This document shows positions 29,881 to 38,880 of a stretch of DNA of 50,322 bases, one piece after another. Under the pieces are notes generated by a model. The model had not been told where the DNA came from. It was given only the letters and a program-made list of their open reading frames with translations, and did not search any database. Source of the DNA: Kofleriaceae bacterium (GTDB taxonomy: Bacteria; Myxococcota_A; Polyangia; Haliangiales; Haliangiaceae); NCBI GenBank assembly GCA_046597055.1, contig JBKJLC010000218.1, forward strand, positions 1-50,322, given 5' to 3'. A program made the position numbers and the translations under genes. Within the stretch, counting starts at the first letter, position 1. Every line of letters begins with the position of its first letter.

Positions 29881-32663
29881 GGTCGGTCGTCCTCTGTGGT
29901 GCTCGGAGTCTCCACCATCGCGCTGCCCAGATCGAGCGCGACCATCCGCATGAGCTCGGCATCGGACAGCTCGGTGAGGTTGAGCTCGGCGCCCCCGGCG
30001 AGCACCTGCTGCGACACCACGCGCTTGCTGGTGATCAAGGTGTCGATCTTCTCCTCGACGGTGCCCCGGCAGACCAGCTTGTGGACCAGCACGTTGCGGC
30101 GCTGGCCGATGCGAAACGCGCGGTCGGTGGCCTGATCCTCGACCGCCGGGTTCCACCAGCGATCGAAGTGCAGCACGTGGGAGGCGGCGGTGAGGTTGAG
30201 GCCGGTGCCGCCCGCCTTGAGCGACAGGACGAAGAACGGCAGCGCCTCGTCATCCTGGAACCGGCGGACCAGCTTGGCCCGATCCTTCACCGCGGTGTCG
30301 CCGTGCAGGACCAGCCCGGCCTTGCCGAACACGCCGGCGAGGAAGTCGGCGAGCGGCTGGGTCGCCTCGCGGAACTGGGTGAACACCAGCAGCTTCTCCT
30401 GCCTGGCCGCGATCACCTCGGCCAGCTCGCGCACGCGACCGAGCTTGCCGCTGTCGGCCTCGCGCCAGTCGCCGTCGGCGAGCCACTGCGACGGGTGGTT
30501 GCAGATCTGCTTGAGGCGCATGAGCGAGGCCAGCACCACGCCGCGCCGCTGCATGCCGTCGGCGCTGGCCAGCCGCTCGGCCAGCTCGTCGATCGCCTGC
30601 TGGTAGAGCGCGGCCTGCTTGCGCGACAGCCCGCAGTGCGCGACCACCTCGGTCTTGTCGGGCAGGTCGGCGATCACGGTGCGGTCGGTCTTGAGCCGGC
30701 GCAGCACATAGGGCCGGATCAGCTCGCGCAGCGGACCGTAGCCGCCGGCGTCGAGGTGCTTCGTGTACTTCGTGAACTCCCTGGCGGTGCCGAGCAGGCC
30801 GGGGTTGAGGAAGTCGAAGATCGACCACAGATCGCCCAGGCGGTTCTCGACCGGGGTGCCGGTGAGCGCGATGCGGGCGTGGGCGTCGAGCGCCTTGGCC
30901 GCGCGGGTCTGGCGGGCGGCCGGGTTCTTGATGGCCTGGGCCTCGTCGAGGATCGCGAAGCGCCAGCGCGCCCGCGCCAGCCACGGCGAGCGCACGAGCG
31001 TCCCGTAGCTGGTGATGACGAGGTCGACCCCGGCGAGCGCGGGCGGCTCGGTCGCGGCCAGGTCGGCGGCCGGCATCGCCGACGGATGGGCGACCACCAC
31101 CCGCAGGCTGGGCGCGAACCGGGCCAGCTCGTCGGTCCAGTTGCCCAGCAGCGAGGCGGGCGCGACCAGGACGCTCGGCCGCGCCGCGGCCGCGGCCGGC
31201 GGCGCGATCAGCAGCAGCGCGATCACCTGGATGGTCTTGCCCAAGCCCATGTCGTCGGCGAGGCAGGCGCCCAGGCCCAGCTGTGACAGCAGGTGTAGCC
31301 AGCGCACGCCGACCGCCTGGTACGGCCGCAGCTCGGCGCGCAGGGCCGGACCGGGCAGGGCCGCGGCCAGGCCTTCGGGGCGGCGCAGCCCGGCCAGGGT
31401 CTCGGCCAGCCACGGCCCGGCGATGACCCGCGGCGCCGTCGCGGCCGCGGCCGGGTCCGAGCCGATCGCGGCACCGGCCAGCCCGCGCAGCGCGTCGGCG
31501 AAGCTGAGCCCCTCGGCGGCGGCGCGCGTGGCCGCGCGCAACCGATCGAGCGCGCTGCGCAGCTGGTCGCGGTCGACCTCGATCCAGCGGCCGCGCAGCA
31601 GGCGCAGCCCGTCGGTGCCGGCCAGCAGCTCGTCGAGCTCGTCGGCGGACAGCGGCGCGCCGTCGAGGGTGACCGCGGCCTGGAAGTCGAGCAGCGCGTC
31701 CTGACCGACGCCGCCGGGCGGGCGGGCCCCGACGGTCGCGGTCGCCTGCGGGCGCGGCGGCCGCGCGCCGCCCCAGGCCGCCGGCATCCGCACCACCACA
31801 CCGGCGCTCTCCAGCCGGGGCGCGTCGACCAGCAGCCGTACCGCCTCGGCCGGGGTCCACCGCAGTGGATGGAAGATCTCGTTGCGCTCGACCAGCTCGG
31901 CCAGCCACGGGCACGCCTCGGCCGCGCGCCGCACCGGCGTCAGCAGCGCGCGCAGCTGATCCTTGGCGGCGGCGCCGGCGTACTCGCGCAGCGCTTGCCC
32001 GAGCGCGACGTGCTGGGCCCGGGCCTGCGCTGACAGCCGGGTGGTGTAGGTCGCGAGGAACGCGAACGGCGCCTCCTCGTCGCCGCGGTTCTCGGCCAGG
32101 TTGAAGTGGACCCGGCCGACCAGCTGCCAGGCGGGGTGCCGGCTGCGCAGGAAGTCGGCGACCCGGCCGCCGGCCGCGGCCACCTCGGCGGCAAACGCCG
32201 CGTCGAGGTCGCGCCAGCGCGCGGCCAGGACCTCGGCGCCGACATACTCGCCGCCCATCATCGGCGGCGCGGTCGCGGCCAGCTCGGCCAGGGCCGGCTC
32301 GCCCGGCGGGGGCACCGGCGTCACCACCGCGTCGTCGCCGCGCGCGCACACCGCCGCGACGTGGCGCGCGCCGAGGTCGCGCCAGAACCCCAGCGACGGC
32401 GGCAGCCGGCTCGCGACCTCGGCGGTCCCCAGGTGGACCAGGCCAGCGCCGGCACCCCGATCGAACGCGGCGGTGATGCGCGCGGCGATCACGCCGTCGA
32501 CCCCGTCGAGCTCGTCACCGGGGCGGAGCTGGAGGTGACCCGCCGGTGACACCGCGATCGCGAGCCGCTCGAGGACCGCGCCGGCCGCCACGTCGACCGC
32601 GCCGCGCCGCGCGGGAACCGCCGCCGCGCGTTGACGACCCGGGGGGCGGGGGGACGCGGCCAT
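29877..32663 (-). CDS. SNF2-family helicase/ATPase
   Basis: LRPYQ, LADDMGLGKT, LDEAQAIKN, LTGTPVEN, LKQICNHP, AGGTGLNLT and WWNPAVEDQATDRAFRIGQ. Confidence 0.95.
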   Translation of the reverse strand: MAASPRPPGRQRAAAVPARRGAVDVAAGAVLERLAIAVSPAGHLQLRPGDELDGVDGVIAARITAAFDRGAGAGLVHLGTAEVASRLPPSLGFWRDLGARHVAAVCARGDDAVVTPVPPPGEPALAELAATAPPMMGGEYVGAEVLAARWRDLDAAFAAEVAAAGGRVADFLRSRHPAWQLVGRVHFNLAENRGDEEAPFAFLATYTTRLSAQARAQHVALGQALREYAGAAAKDQLRALLTPVRRAAEACPWLAELVERNEIFHPLRWTPAEAVRLLVDAPRLESAGVVVRMPAAWGGARPPRPQATATVGARPPGGVGQDALLDFQAAVTLDGAPLSADELDELLAGTDGLRLLRGRWIEVDRDQLRSALDRLRAATRAAAEGLSFADALRGLAGAAIGSDPAAAATAPRVIAGPWLAETLAGLRRPEGLAAALPGPALRAELRPYQAVGVRWLHLLSQLGLGACLADDMGLGKTIQVIALLLIAPPAAAAARPSVLVAPASLLGNWTDELARFAPSLRVVVAHPSAMPAADLAATEPPALAGVDLVITSYGTLVRSPWLARARWRFAILDEAQAIKNPAARQTRAAKALDAHARIALTGTPVENRLGDLWSIFDFLNPGLLGTAREFTKYTKHLDAGGYGPLRELIRPYVLRRLKTDRTVIADLPDKTEVVAHCGLSRKQAALYQQAIDELAERLASADGMQRRGVVLASLMRLKQICNHPSQWLADGDWREADSGKLGRVRELAEVIAARQEKLLVFTQFREATQPLADFLAGVFGKAGLVLHGDTAVKDRAKLVRRFQDDEALPFFVLSLKAGGTGLNLTAASHVLHFDRWWNPAVEDQATDRAFRIGQRRNVLVHKLVCRGTVEEKIDTLITSKRVVSQQVLAGGAELNLTELSDAELMRMVALDLGSAMVETPSTTEDDRP

Positions 32664-32935
32664 TCGAGCTGGCTAACACGCAGCTCTGATCTAATGAAGC
32701 GTGGCGACCGCGCCCACGCGCAGGCGCCGTCGTCGGTCCTCTCGCGCGATCAGGCTTACGTAACTTCGGCGCAGTGCCCACTCGATCGTGCACTGTCCGG
32801 AATCCGGTCTAACCGTTCGCGGCGGTGGCACCGCGATTCCGCCAGTTGCTGACAGAACGATTGGGGTTACTCGGGTTCAGTGCGTGTGCTCAAGTCCGCG
32901 CGGCATAACCCGGCAACTTACGGACGAGGTGATCC

Positions 32936-33754
32936 TTGAAGCTTGTTCTGGCCTTGGTCTCGGTCGCTATTTCGTCCCTGGTCGCTTGCGGCCCCAGCCT
33001 CAATGGGGGAGCCGACGATGATGACGGCGATGACGATTCGTCGTCTGGGATCGACGCCAACCCAGCAGACTGCGTCAACACCCCCGAGATCTGCGGTGGT
33101 GGCGGTGACGAGGACTGCGATGGGCTCACCGACTGCGACGACGCCGACTGCGAGGGCCAGTCGGGCTGCGCGAACTGCGGTGAGATCGAGCACCCCGAGG
33201 CCACCCTGGCGCTGCCCGATGGCGTCATGAAGGTCTCGTACGCGTCGACGATCAACTTCACGCAGTTCGGCCCGGGCCAGGCGCTGACCGACGTCAGTCT
33301 GTTTCGCGGCGTCTGCGTGACCATGGAGCACTCCTGGGTCCGCGACCTGAAGGTCGAGCTGACCTGCCCATCGGGCCAGGTCATCGTCCTGCACAACTTC
33401 GGCGGGCGCAACGGCGGTGAGGTCCACGCGGGCACCCCCGACGACACCGACGACATCGACCCGGTCCCGGGCGTCGGCGCCGAGTACTGCTGGACGCCGA
33501 CCGCGACCAACCCGACCTGGCTCAGCTGGGCGGACGCGAACCCGGCGCCGCTGTTCCAGCCGGTCCGGCTGCCCGCCGGCGACTTCCGGTCGTTCACCCC
33601 GATGAACATGCTGATGGGCTGCGCCCTCAATGGCGACTGGACCCTGCGGGTCACGGACGACTGGCCGTCGGACAACGGCTTCATCTTCTCGTGGGGCCTG
33701 CGCTTCGACCCGTCGATCGTGGTCGACTGCTCGACCTGGCCGCCGATCGGCTGA
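32936..33754 (+). CDS. Cys-rich lipoprotein with proprotein-convertase P-domain
   Basis: Lipobox LVAC, EIC..DEDCDGLTDCDDADC, HSWVRDLKVELTCPSG and NGDWTLRVTD...WGLRF. Confidence 0.8.
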   Translation: MKLVLALVSVAISSLVACGPSLNGGADDDDGDDDSSSGIDANPADCVNTPEICGGGGDEDCDGLTDCDDADCEGQSGCANCGEIEHPEATLALPDGVMKVSYASTINFTQFGPGQALTDVSLFRGVCVTMEHSWVRDLKVELTCPSGQVIVLHNFGGRNGGEVHAGTPDDTDDIDPVPGVGAEYCWTPTATNPTWLSWADANPAPLFQPVRLPAGDFRSFTPMNMLMGCALNGDWTLRVTDDWPSDNGFIFSWGLRFDPSIVVDCSTWPPIG

Positions 33755-33793
33755 GCCAACTTGCCGACCAGCGGCCCGCCGCTACGCTCGTCC

Positions 33794-34780
33794 ATGATTG
33801 CCATCGTCTGGAACCCGGGGGCCAGCGGCGCGGCTGACCGCAGCGTCGAGGACTTGAAGCGCAGCCTCGAGGGGGACGGCGCCACCGTCACCGCGTACAC
33901 GGTGACCGACGAGCAGAACCCGTGCGCATGCGCGCGGGCGGCGGTCGCCGCGGGCGCGACCACCGTGATCGCTGCCGGCGGCGACGGCACGGTCTCGGCG
34001 GTTGCCAGCGAGCTGGTCGGCCGCCCGGTGCGGCTCGGCGTGGTGCCGCTGGGCACGTCGAACTCGTTCGCCGCGGCGATGGGGATCGACGGTGGGCCCG
34101 ACGCCATGCGGGCCAGCGTGCAGGCCGGGTCCGAGCGGGTGATCGACCTGGCGCGGGTGACCTGCGCGGGTGAGACCCGCACCATGATCATGCACTGCAT
34201 GATCGGCATCCACGCCAACGCGATCGGCGAGACCTCGTCCGAGGCCAAGCAGCGCTGGGGGGTGCTCGCGTACCTGGCCACCGCCGCGCAGGAGCTGAGC
34301 TCGCTCGAGTCGTTCGTTGCCGAGCTGACCGTCAATGACCGGGTGATCCGCTGTCGCGCGATCGACGTGGCGATCGCCAACCTGGCCGCGGCCAAGACCG
34401 TGCTGGCCCACGGGCCGTCGGCGATCTCGCCCGACGACGGGCTGCTCGACGTGACCATCGTCGCCGGAGAGACGATCGCCGGGCTGATCGCGGCCGGCGT
34501 GCATCTCTATCGCACCGCGCGGCAGGGCGAGGCCGCCAGCCGAGACGACATCGGATACCTCTCGTGCGCGCGGGTCCAGGTCGACACCACGCCGCCGCAG
34601 AGCGTGCTGGTCGACGGCGAGCTGGTCGGCAAGACCCCGGTGACCGTCGAGGTGATCCCGGGGGCGATCCGGGTCCTGGCGCCGCCGGCAGGGCCCGGGA
34701 CCGACGTTCCGCACGGGGTCAAGCTCGGTGGGCTGCCCGAGCTCGAGATCGGCCCGGCGGGGTCCGGTTCCCGGCCGTGA
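33794..34780 (+). CDS. Diacylglycerol/lipid kinase family (YegS/DAGK-like)
   Basis: WNPGAS, AAGGDGTVS, PLGTSNSFA, DDGLLDV and VDGE. Confidence 0.9.
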   Translation: MIAIVWNPGASGAADRSVEDLKRSLEGDGATVTAYTVTDEQNPCACARAAVAAGATTVIAAGGDGTVSAVASELVGRPVRLGVVPLGTSNSFAAAMGIDGGPDAMRASVQAGSERVIDLARVTCAGETRTMIMHCMIGIHANAIGETSSEAKQRWGVLAYLATAAQELSSLESFVAELTVNDRVIRCRAIDVAIANLAAAKTVLAHGPSAISPDDGLLDVTIVAGETIAGLIAAGVHLYRTARQGEAASRDDIGYLSCARVQVDTTPPQSVLVDGELVGKTPVTVEVIPGAIRVLAPPAGPGTDVPHGVKLGGLPELEIGPAGSGSRP

Positions 34781-34930
34781 CCCGCCCGGCCCCGGCGCGG
34801 CCGGCGCCCAGGATCCGGCGGCCGGGGTGGGTCGGGCGGTGTGGCTCGACGCCACGGTGAGCCCGGCGAGGGGCGCCTGCGCCTCGCTGCCGGGCGCGCC
34901 CCGAGTCGCCGTCCTGAGGGCATGCGCTCG

Positions 34931-36235
34931 CTACCGCTCGACAGCGCCGACCACCGCCGGGACCCATCGCTCGGGGCGCACCCGGCGCGGGCCGCTGACC
35001 GAGCGCCGGCTCCGCCACTGCTGGAGCTCGTCCCACGACCGGGTCGAGATGACGTCACCCGGCTCGATCCAGGCCCGGCGCGCCGCCCACACCGCGAGGC
35101 GCAGGTGGTCGAGGGCGTCGGGACCGTCGGCGCGGCTGGTCAGCGCGATCGGGACCCGGGCGGCCTGGGCCGCGCGCGCCAGGCGGACCGCGTGCTCGAG
35201 CTCCCCGGGACGGACGCTCAGCTCGAGCGCCGCGCCGCGGGCCCGGGCCGCGCTCAGCACCTCGGAGAGGTCGGCGGTGGGGCCGATCCGCACCGCGTCG
35301 ATCATGCAGGTGTCGAGCGCCGCGATCAGGCCGTCGGTCTCGTCGCCGGGCTCGCCCGGGCGAGCGCGGTCGGCGGCGGCGGCCACCACCCAGTCCAGCA
35401 TCGCGAGGGTCGACGGCGCGATCTCCGGGCATCCCTCGCTGCCGACGGCCAGCTCGATGCCGGCGGCGAGGCGCATGCGGCGGCTCGACGCCGCCCGCAC
35501 GGCGGTGACGTGATCGGCCAGCGCGTTGAGGTCGAGCCCGTCGAAGCGAACCCGCTCGACCACCGCGAGGTAGCTGCGGCCCTGGATCGCGGCGGTCGCC
35601 GCCAGGTCATCGAGGTCGACCGCCACGGCGCCGGCGTAGGCCCCGACGTGGAGGTCGCCCACGACGTCGGCCTCCTCGAGCAGCCGGGGCAGTCGGCCGC
35701 TCGCCGCGGCCTCGATCTCGCCGCTCGCCTCGCGCAGCTCGGGCGCGATGTACGCCAGCCCCAGCCTGGCGTAGATGTCACGCTCGGTGGCCCCGGCGAC
35801 CCGCTCGCCACGGTTCCAGAGCCCGTGACTGTCGAGGTGGAGCCCGCGATTGGCGGCGCGCGCGACCAGCGCGGCGACGTGGCGGGGGCTACCGGTAGCA
35901 AACAAGAGGGCGGCCCCGTGCATCTCGGGCGTGACCACCCGGACCTCGATGGTGGGGCCGCTCCACATGTCGGCGGCCAGCGCGATCGGACCCGCGGCAC
36001 GCACGGTGTCGACCTCGGCGACCCGGGCCAGCACCGACCACACCGGCGCGATCGCGCGGGCGGCGACGATCACCACGAGCTCGCCGGCTGGCTCGGCGCG
36101 GCGGCGGGCGCCGCCCGCCAGCTCGGCGCCGTCGATCGCTGGCGAGCGACGGAGGGCGGCCGCCAGCGCCTCACCGAGCGAGATCGCTCGTACAAACGTC
36201 ACGACGGAGCTTGCGGGTACGACTGCTTGATCCAT
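34931..36235 (-). CDS. Degenerate, N-terminally truncated PolX-PHP homologue
   Basis: ATGS..H, ERDIYARLGLAYIAPELRE..GEIEAA..LPRL..GDLH and ARRAW..VI match the PolX palm/thumb and PHP scaffold, with catalytic residues substituted. Confidence 0.8.
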   Translation of the reverse strand: MDQAVVPASSVVTFVRAISLGEALAAALRRSPAIDGAELAGGARRRAEPAGELVVIVAARAIAPVWSVLARVAEVDTVRAAGPIALAADMWSGPTIEVRVVTPEMHGAALLFATGSPRHVAALVARAANRGLHLDSHGLWNRGERVAGATERDIYARLGLAYIAPELREASGEIEAAASGRLPRLLEEADVVGDLHVGAYAGAVAVDLDDLAATAAIQGRSYLAVVERVRFDGLDLNALADHVTAVRAASSRRMRLAAGIELAVGSEGCPEIAPSTLAMLDWVVAAAADRARPGEPGDETDGLIAALDTCMIDAVRIGPTADLSEVLSAARARGAALELSVRPGELEHAVRLARAAQAARVPIALTSRADGPDALDHLRLAVWAARRAWIEPGDVISTRSWDELQQWRSRRSVSGPRRVRPERWVPAVVGAVER

Positions 36236-36361
36236 CTGGTCGATCGCGAATGCATGTCACGGGCCAGCCCGCTGGCCTCGACGACGCGACCTCGACGGTG
36301 TGCCTGCAGGGCTCGTCGTGCGCCGCTGCCACGACAGCACCGCGGAGCGACGACGGGACGG

Positions 36362-36377
36362 TGGCGCCTCGCTTGCA
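36362..36377 (+). promoter_or_regulatory. Putative sigma54 promoter
   Basis: TGGCGCCTCGCTTGCA fits TGGC-N8-TGCA (GG-N10-GC) and lies 13 nt before ATG 36391. Confidence 0.6.
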
Positions 36378-36390
36378 ACCCATGCCTGGC

Positions 36391-36552
36391 ATGCGTCCGG
36401 TGCTCGGTCTCCTCTTGGCCATGTGCGTGCTCCCCGGCCATCGCGACAAGCATCACGGTCCCCTCGAGGTCGACTGGCGCGAGGCCGTTCAGCAATTCGA
36501 CACCCAGGTCAACACGGTCGAGGAGAACCTGACCACGATCACGGGGCGGTGA
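36391..36552 (+). CDS. Small protein (53 aa) with hydrophobic N-terminus
   Basis: Lies directly after the sigma54-like motif and ends 3 nt before the next gene. Codon usage is coding-like. Confidence 0.5.
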   Translation: MRPVLGLLLAMCVLPGHRDKHHGPLEVDWREAVQQFDTQVNTVEENLTTITGR

Positions 36553-36555
36553 GCC

Positions 36556-37203
36556 TTGCACGGGGTGGCGGCGTCGGACGAACCGGGGTTGCTGCAGGTC
36601 CAGCGTCGGCTGTGGCGCGCCGAGCACGTCGGCCAGATCACCGCGCTGATCACGCTGGCGGCGCTGGTGTGGTGGCGACCCGAGCCGCACCTGGCCCTGA
36701 TGGGCCGAGGCGCGGCGGTCTACGGGTTCCTGATGGCGGTGTTCCGCATCAGCGGCAAGCGCAGCCTCGCGCCGATCACCGCGTTCGATTTCATCTTGCT
36801 GCTCATCGTCAGCGAGGCGGTCCAGAACGCCATGGTCGGCGAGGACAGCTCGGTCACCGGCGGCTTCGTCCTGGTGCTGACGCTGGTGTCGCTCGACTTC
36901 GCGATGCGCTGGATCGCGCCGCATCATCCGTTCGTCAGCCGCGTGGTCGACGACCTCCCGGTCGTGCTTCTCGAGCACGGCACGCTGATCTCCGATCGCA
37001 TGAAGCACTCGCGGGTCGGCGAGGACGACATCCTCGAGGCCGCGCGCCGACTCCACGGGCTCGAGCGGCTCGACCAGATCAAGTACGCGCTGCTCGAGCG
37101 CAGCGGCGGCATCTCGATCATCCCGGCCGGGCGCTGGTCGCGCGACGACGCGCGAGCCCCGCGCGGCTCAGCGCACGACGAACCCGCAGCTGGCGGCGGG
37201 TAG
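36556..37203 (+). CDS. DUF421/YetF-family membrane protein
   Basis: RISGKRSLAPITAFDFILLLIVSEAVQNAM and IKYALLERSGGISIIP. Confidence 0.88.
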   Translation: MHGVAASDEPGLLQVQRRLWRAEHVGQITALITLAALVWWRPEPHLALMGRGAAVYGFLMAVFRISGKRSLAPITAFDFILLLIVSEAVQNAMVGEDSSVTGGFVLVLTLVSLDFAMRWIAPHHPFVSRVVDDLPVVLLEHGTLISDRMKHSRVGEDDILEAARRLHGLERLDQIKYALLERSGGISIIPAGRWSRDDARAPRGSAHDEPAAGGG

Positions 37204-38880
37204 CTCGAGCCGGCCATCGATCAGCGCGAGGTCGGGTCGCGACGCCAGCGCGAGCTGGCCGCGGCCGGGCCGGTGCACCAGCGGGGCGTCACCGAGGTTG
37301 GCCACCAGGGTGACCTCGCCGCGGCTGACGACGATCGTCCGGGCGGCGTCGTCGCAGCGGGCGTCGACCCCGGACCAGCGGCCGTCGCGCAGCGCCGGAT
37401 GCGCGCGGCGCAGGCCGACCAGCGCCTGGTACCAGTCCAGCATCGCCGCATGGGGCTCGCGCGCGAGCTCGTCCCAGGCCAGCACCGCCGAGGCGAACGT
37501 CGCCGGGTCGATCGGATCGGGGACCGCGTCGGTCCAGCCGGCGTCGGCGAACTCGCGGCGGCGGCCAGCGCGCACCGCCTGCGCCAGCGCCGGATCGGCG
37601 AAGTCCGCGAAGTACGGGAACGGCGCGCGCGCCGCCCACTCCTCGCCCTGGAACAGCATCGGCACGTGCGGCGCCATGAACACCAGCGCGGCCGCGATCC
37701 GGGCCCGATCGAGCCCGACCAGGTGCGCGAGGCGCTCGCCGCGCGCGCGATTGCCGACCTGGTCGTGATCCTGCGCGTAGCCGACCAGGCGATGGCCCGA
37801 GACGTCGCCGAGCGGGCGACCGTGGCGACGGCCGCGGAACCCCGAGGCGCGCCCGTCGTAGACGAAGCCGCGGGTCAGCGCGGCGCCGACGTCGGTGACC
37901 CGGCCGAAGTCGGCGTAGTAGCCGCCGCGCTCGCCGGTGATGGCCGCGTGGATCGCGTGGTGCAGATCGTCGGACCACTGGGCGTCGAGGCCGAAGCCGC
38001 CGTGCTGCGCGCGCTGCACCAGGCGCGGGTCGTTGAGGTCGCTCTCGGCGATCAGCACCAGCGGCCGGTCCTGCGCGGCCGACTGCTCGGCGACCCACGT
38101 CGCCAGCTCCTCGAGGAACGGGTGCGCCGAGGTGTCGACCATCGCGTGGACCGCGTCGATGCGCAGGCCGTCGAGGTGGTGGTCGACCAGCCAGCGGCGC
38201 GCGCACGCGCGCAGAAAGGTGCGGACCTCGTCGCTGCCGGCGCCGTCGAGGTTGACCGCCAGGCCCCACGGGGTCGGGTGACGGTTGGTGAAGTAGGGCC
38301 CCAGCTCCGCGAGGTAGTTGCCCTCGGGGCCGAGGTGGTTCCAGACCACGTCCATGAGCACGGCCAGGCCGGCGCGGTGACAGGCGTCGACCAGGCGCTT
38401 GAGCCCGTCGGGGCCGCCGTAGGGCTCGTGGACCGCGCCCAGCGCGACCCCGTCGTAGCCCCAGCCGTGGCGGCCGGCATAGGCGGCGACCGGCATCAGC
38501 TCGACGTGGGTGACGCCGAGCCGGACCAGGTGATCGAGCCGCGCGATGACGCCGTCGAAGGTGCCCTCGGGCGAGAAGGTCCCGACGTGCAGCTCGTAGA
38601 TGAGCCCGCTCGCCAGCGGCGGGGCGCGAAAGCCGGCGTCGGTCCATGCGAACGCGGCGTGATCGACCACGCGCGAGGCGCCATGGACCCCGTGGGGCTG
38701 CCACGACGACAGCGGATCCGGCCGCGGCGGGCCGCCGTCGATGGAGAGCGCGTAGTCGGTGCCCGGCGCGGGCGCCTCGGTCTGCCACCAGCCGCGCTCG
38801 CCGGCGGCGAACGGCGTACGGGTGTCGTCGACCACCAGCTCGAGCCGCGTCGCACGCGGCGCCCAGATCTCGATCAGCAT
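37168..38880 (-). CDS. treZ: Malto-oligosyltrehalose trehalohydrolase
   Basis: IWAPRA, QPHGVHG, IYELHVGTF, WGYDGV, DGLRIDAVHA, IAESDLND, QWSDDLHH and QDHDQVGNRARGER. Confidence 0.95.
   Translation of the reverse strand: MLIEIWAPRATRLELVVDDTRTPFAAGERGWWQTEAPAPGTDYALSIDGGPPRPDPLSSWQPHGVHGASRVVDHAAFAWTDAGFRAPPLASGLIYELHVGTFSPEGTFDGVIARLDHLVRLGVTHVELMPVAAYAGRHGWGYDGVALGAVHEPYGGPDGLKRLVDACHRAGLAVLMDVVWNHLGPEGNYLAELGPYFTNRHPTPWGLAVNLDGAGSDEVRTFLRACARRWLVDHHLDGLRIDAVHAMVDTSAHPFLEELATWVAEQSAAQDRPLVLIAESDLNDPRLVQRAQHGGFGLDAQWSDDLHHAIHAAITGERGGYYADFGRVTDVGAALTRGFVYDGRASGFRGRRHGRPLGDVSGHRLVGYAQDHDQVGNRARGERLAHLVGLDRARIAAALVFMAPHVPMLFQGEEWAARAPFPYFADFADPALAQAVRAGRRREFADAGWTDAVPDPIDPATFASAVLAWDELAREPHAAMLDWYQALVGLRRAHPALRDGRWSGVDARCDDAARTIVVSRGEVTLVANLGDAPLVHRPGRGQLALASRPDLALIDGRLELPAASCGFVVR

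Noticed and set aside
28702..32663. Named anti-phage defence system built on the SNF2 helicase
   Set aside because: No methylase, nuclease or other defence partner is present. SWIM-SNF2 alone does not support the call.
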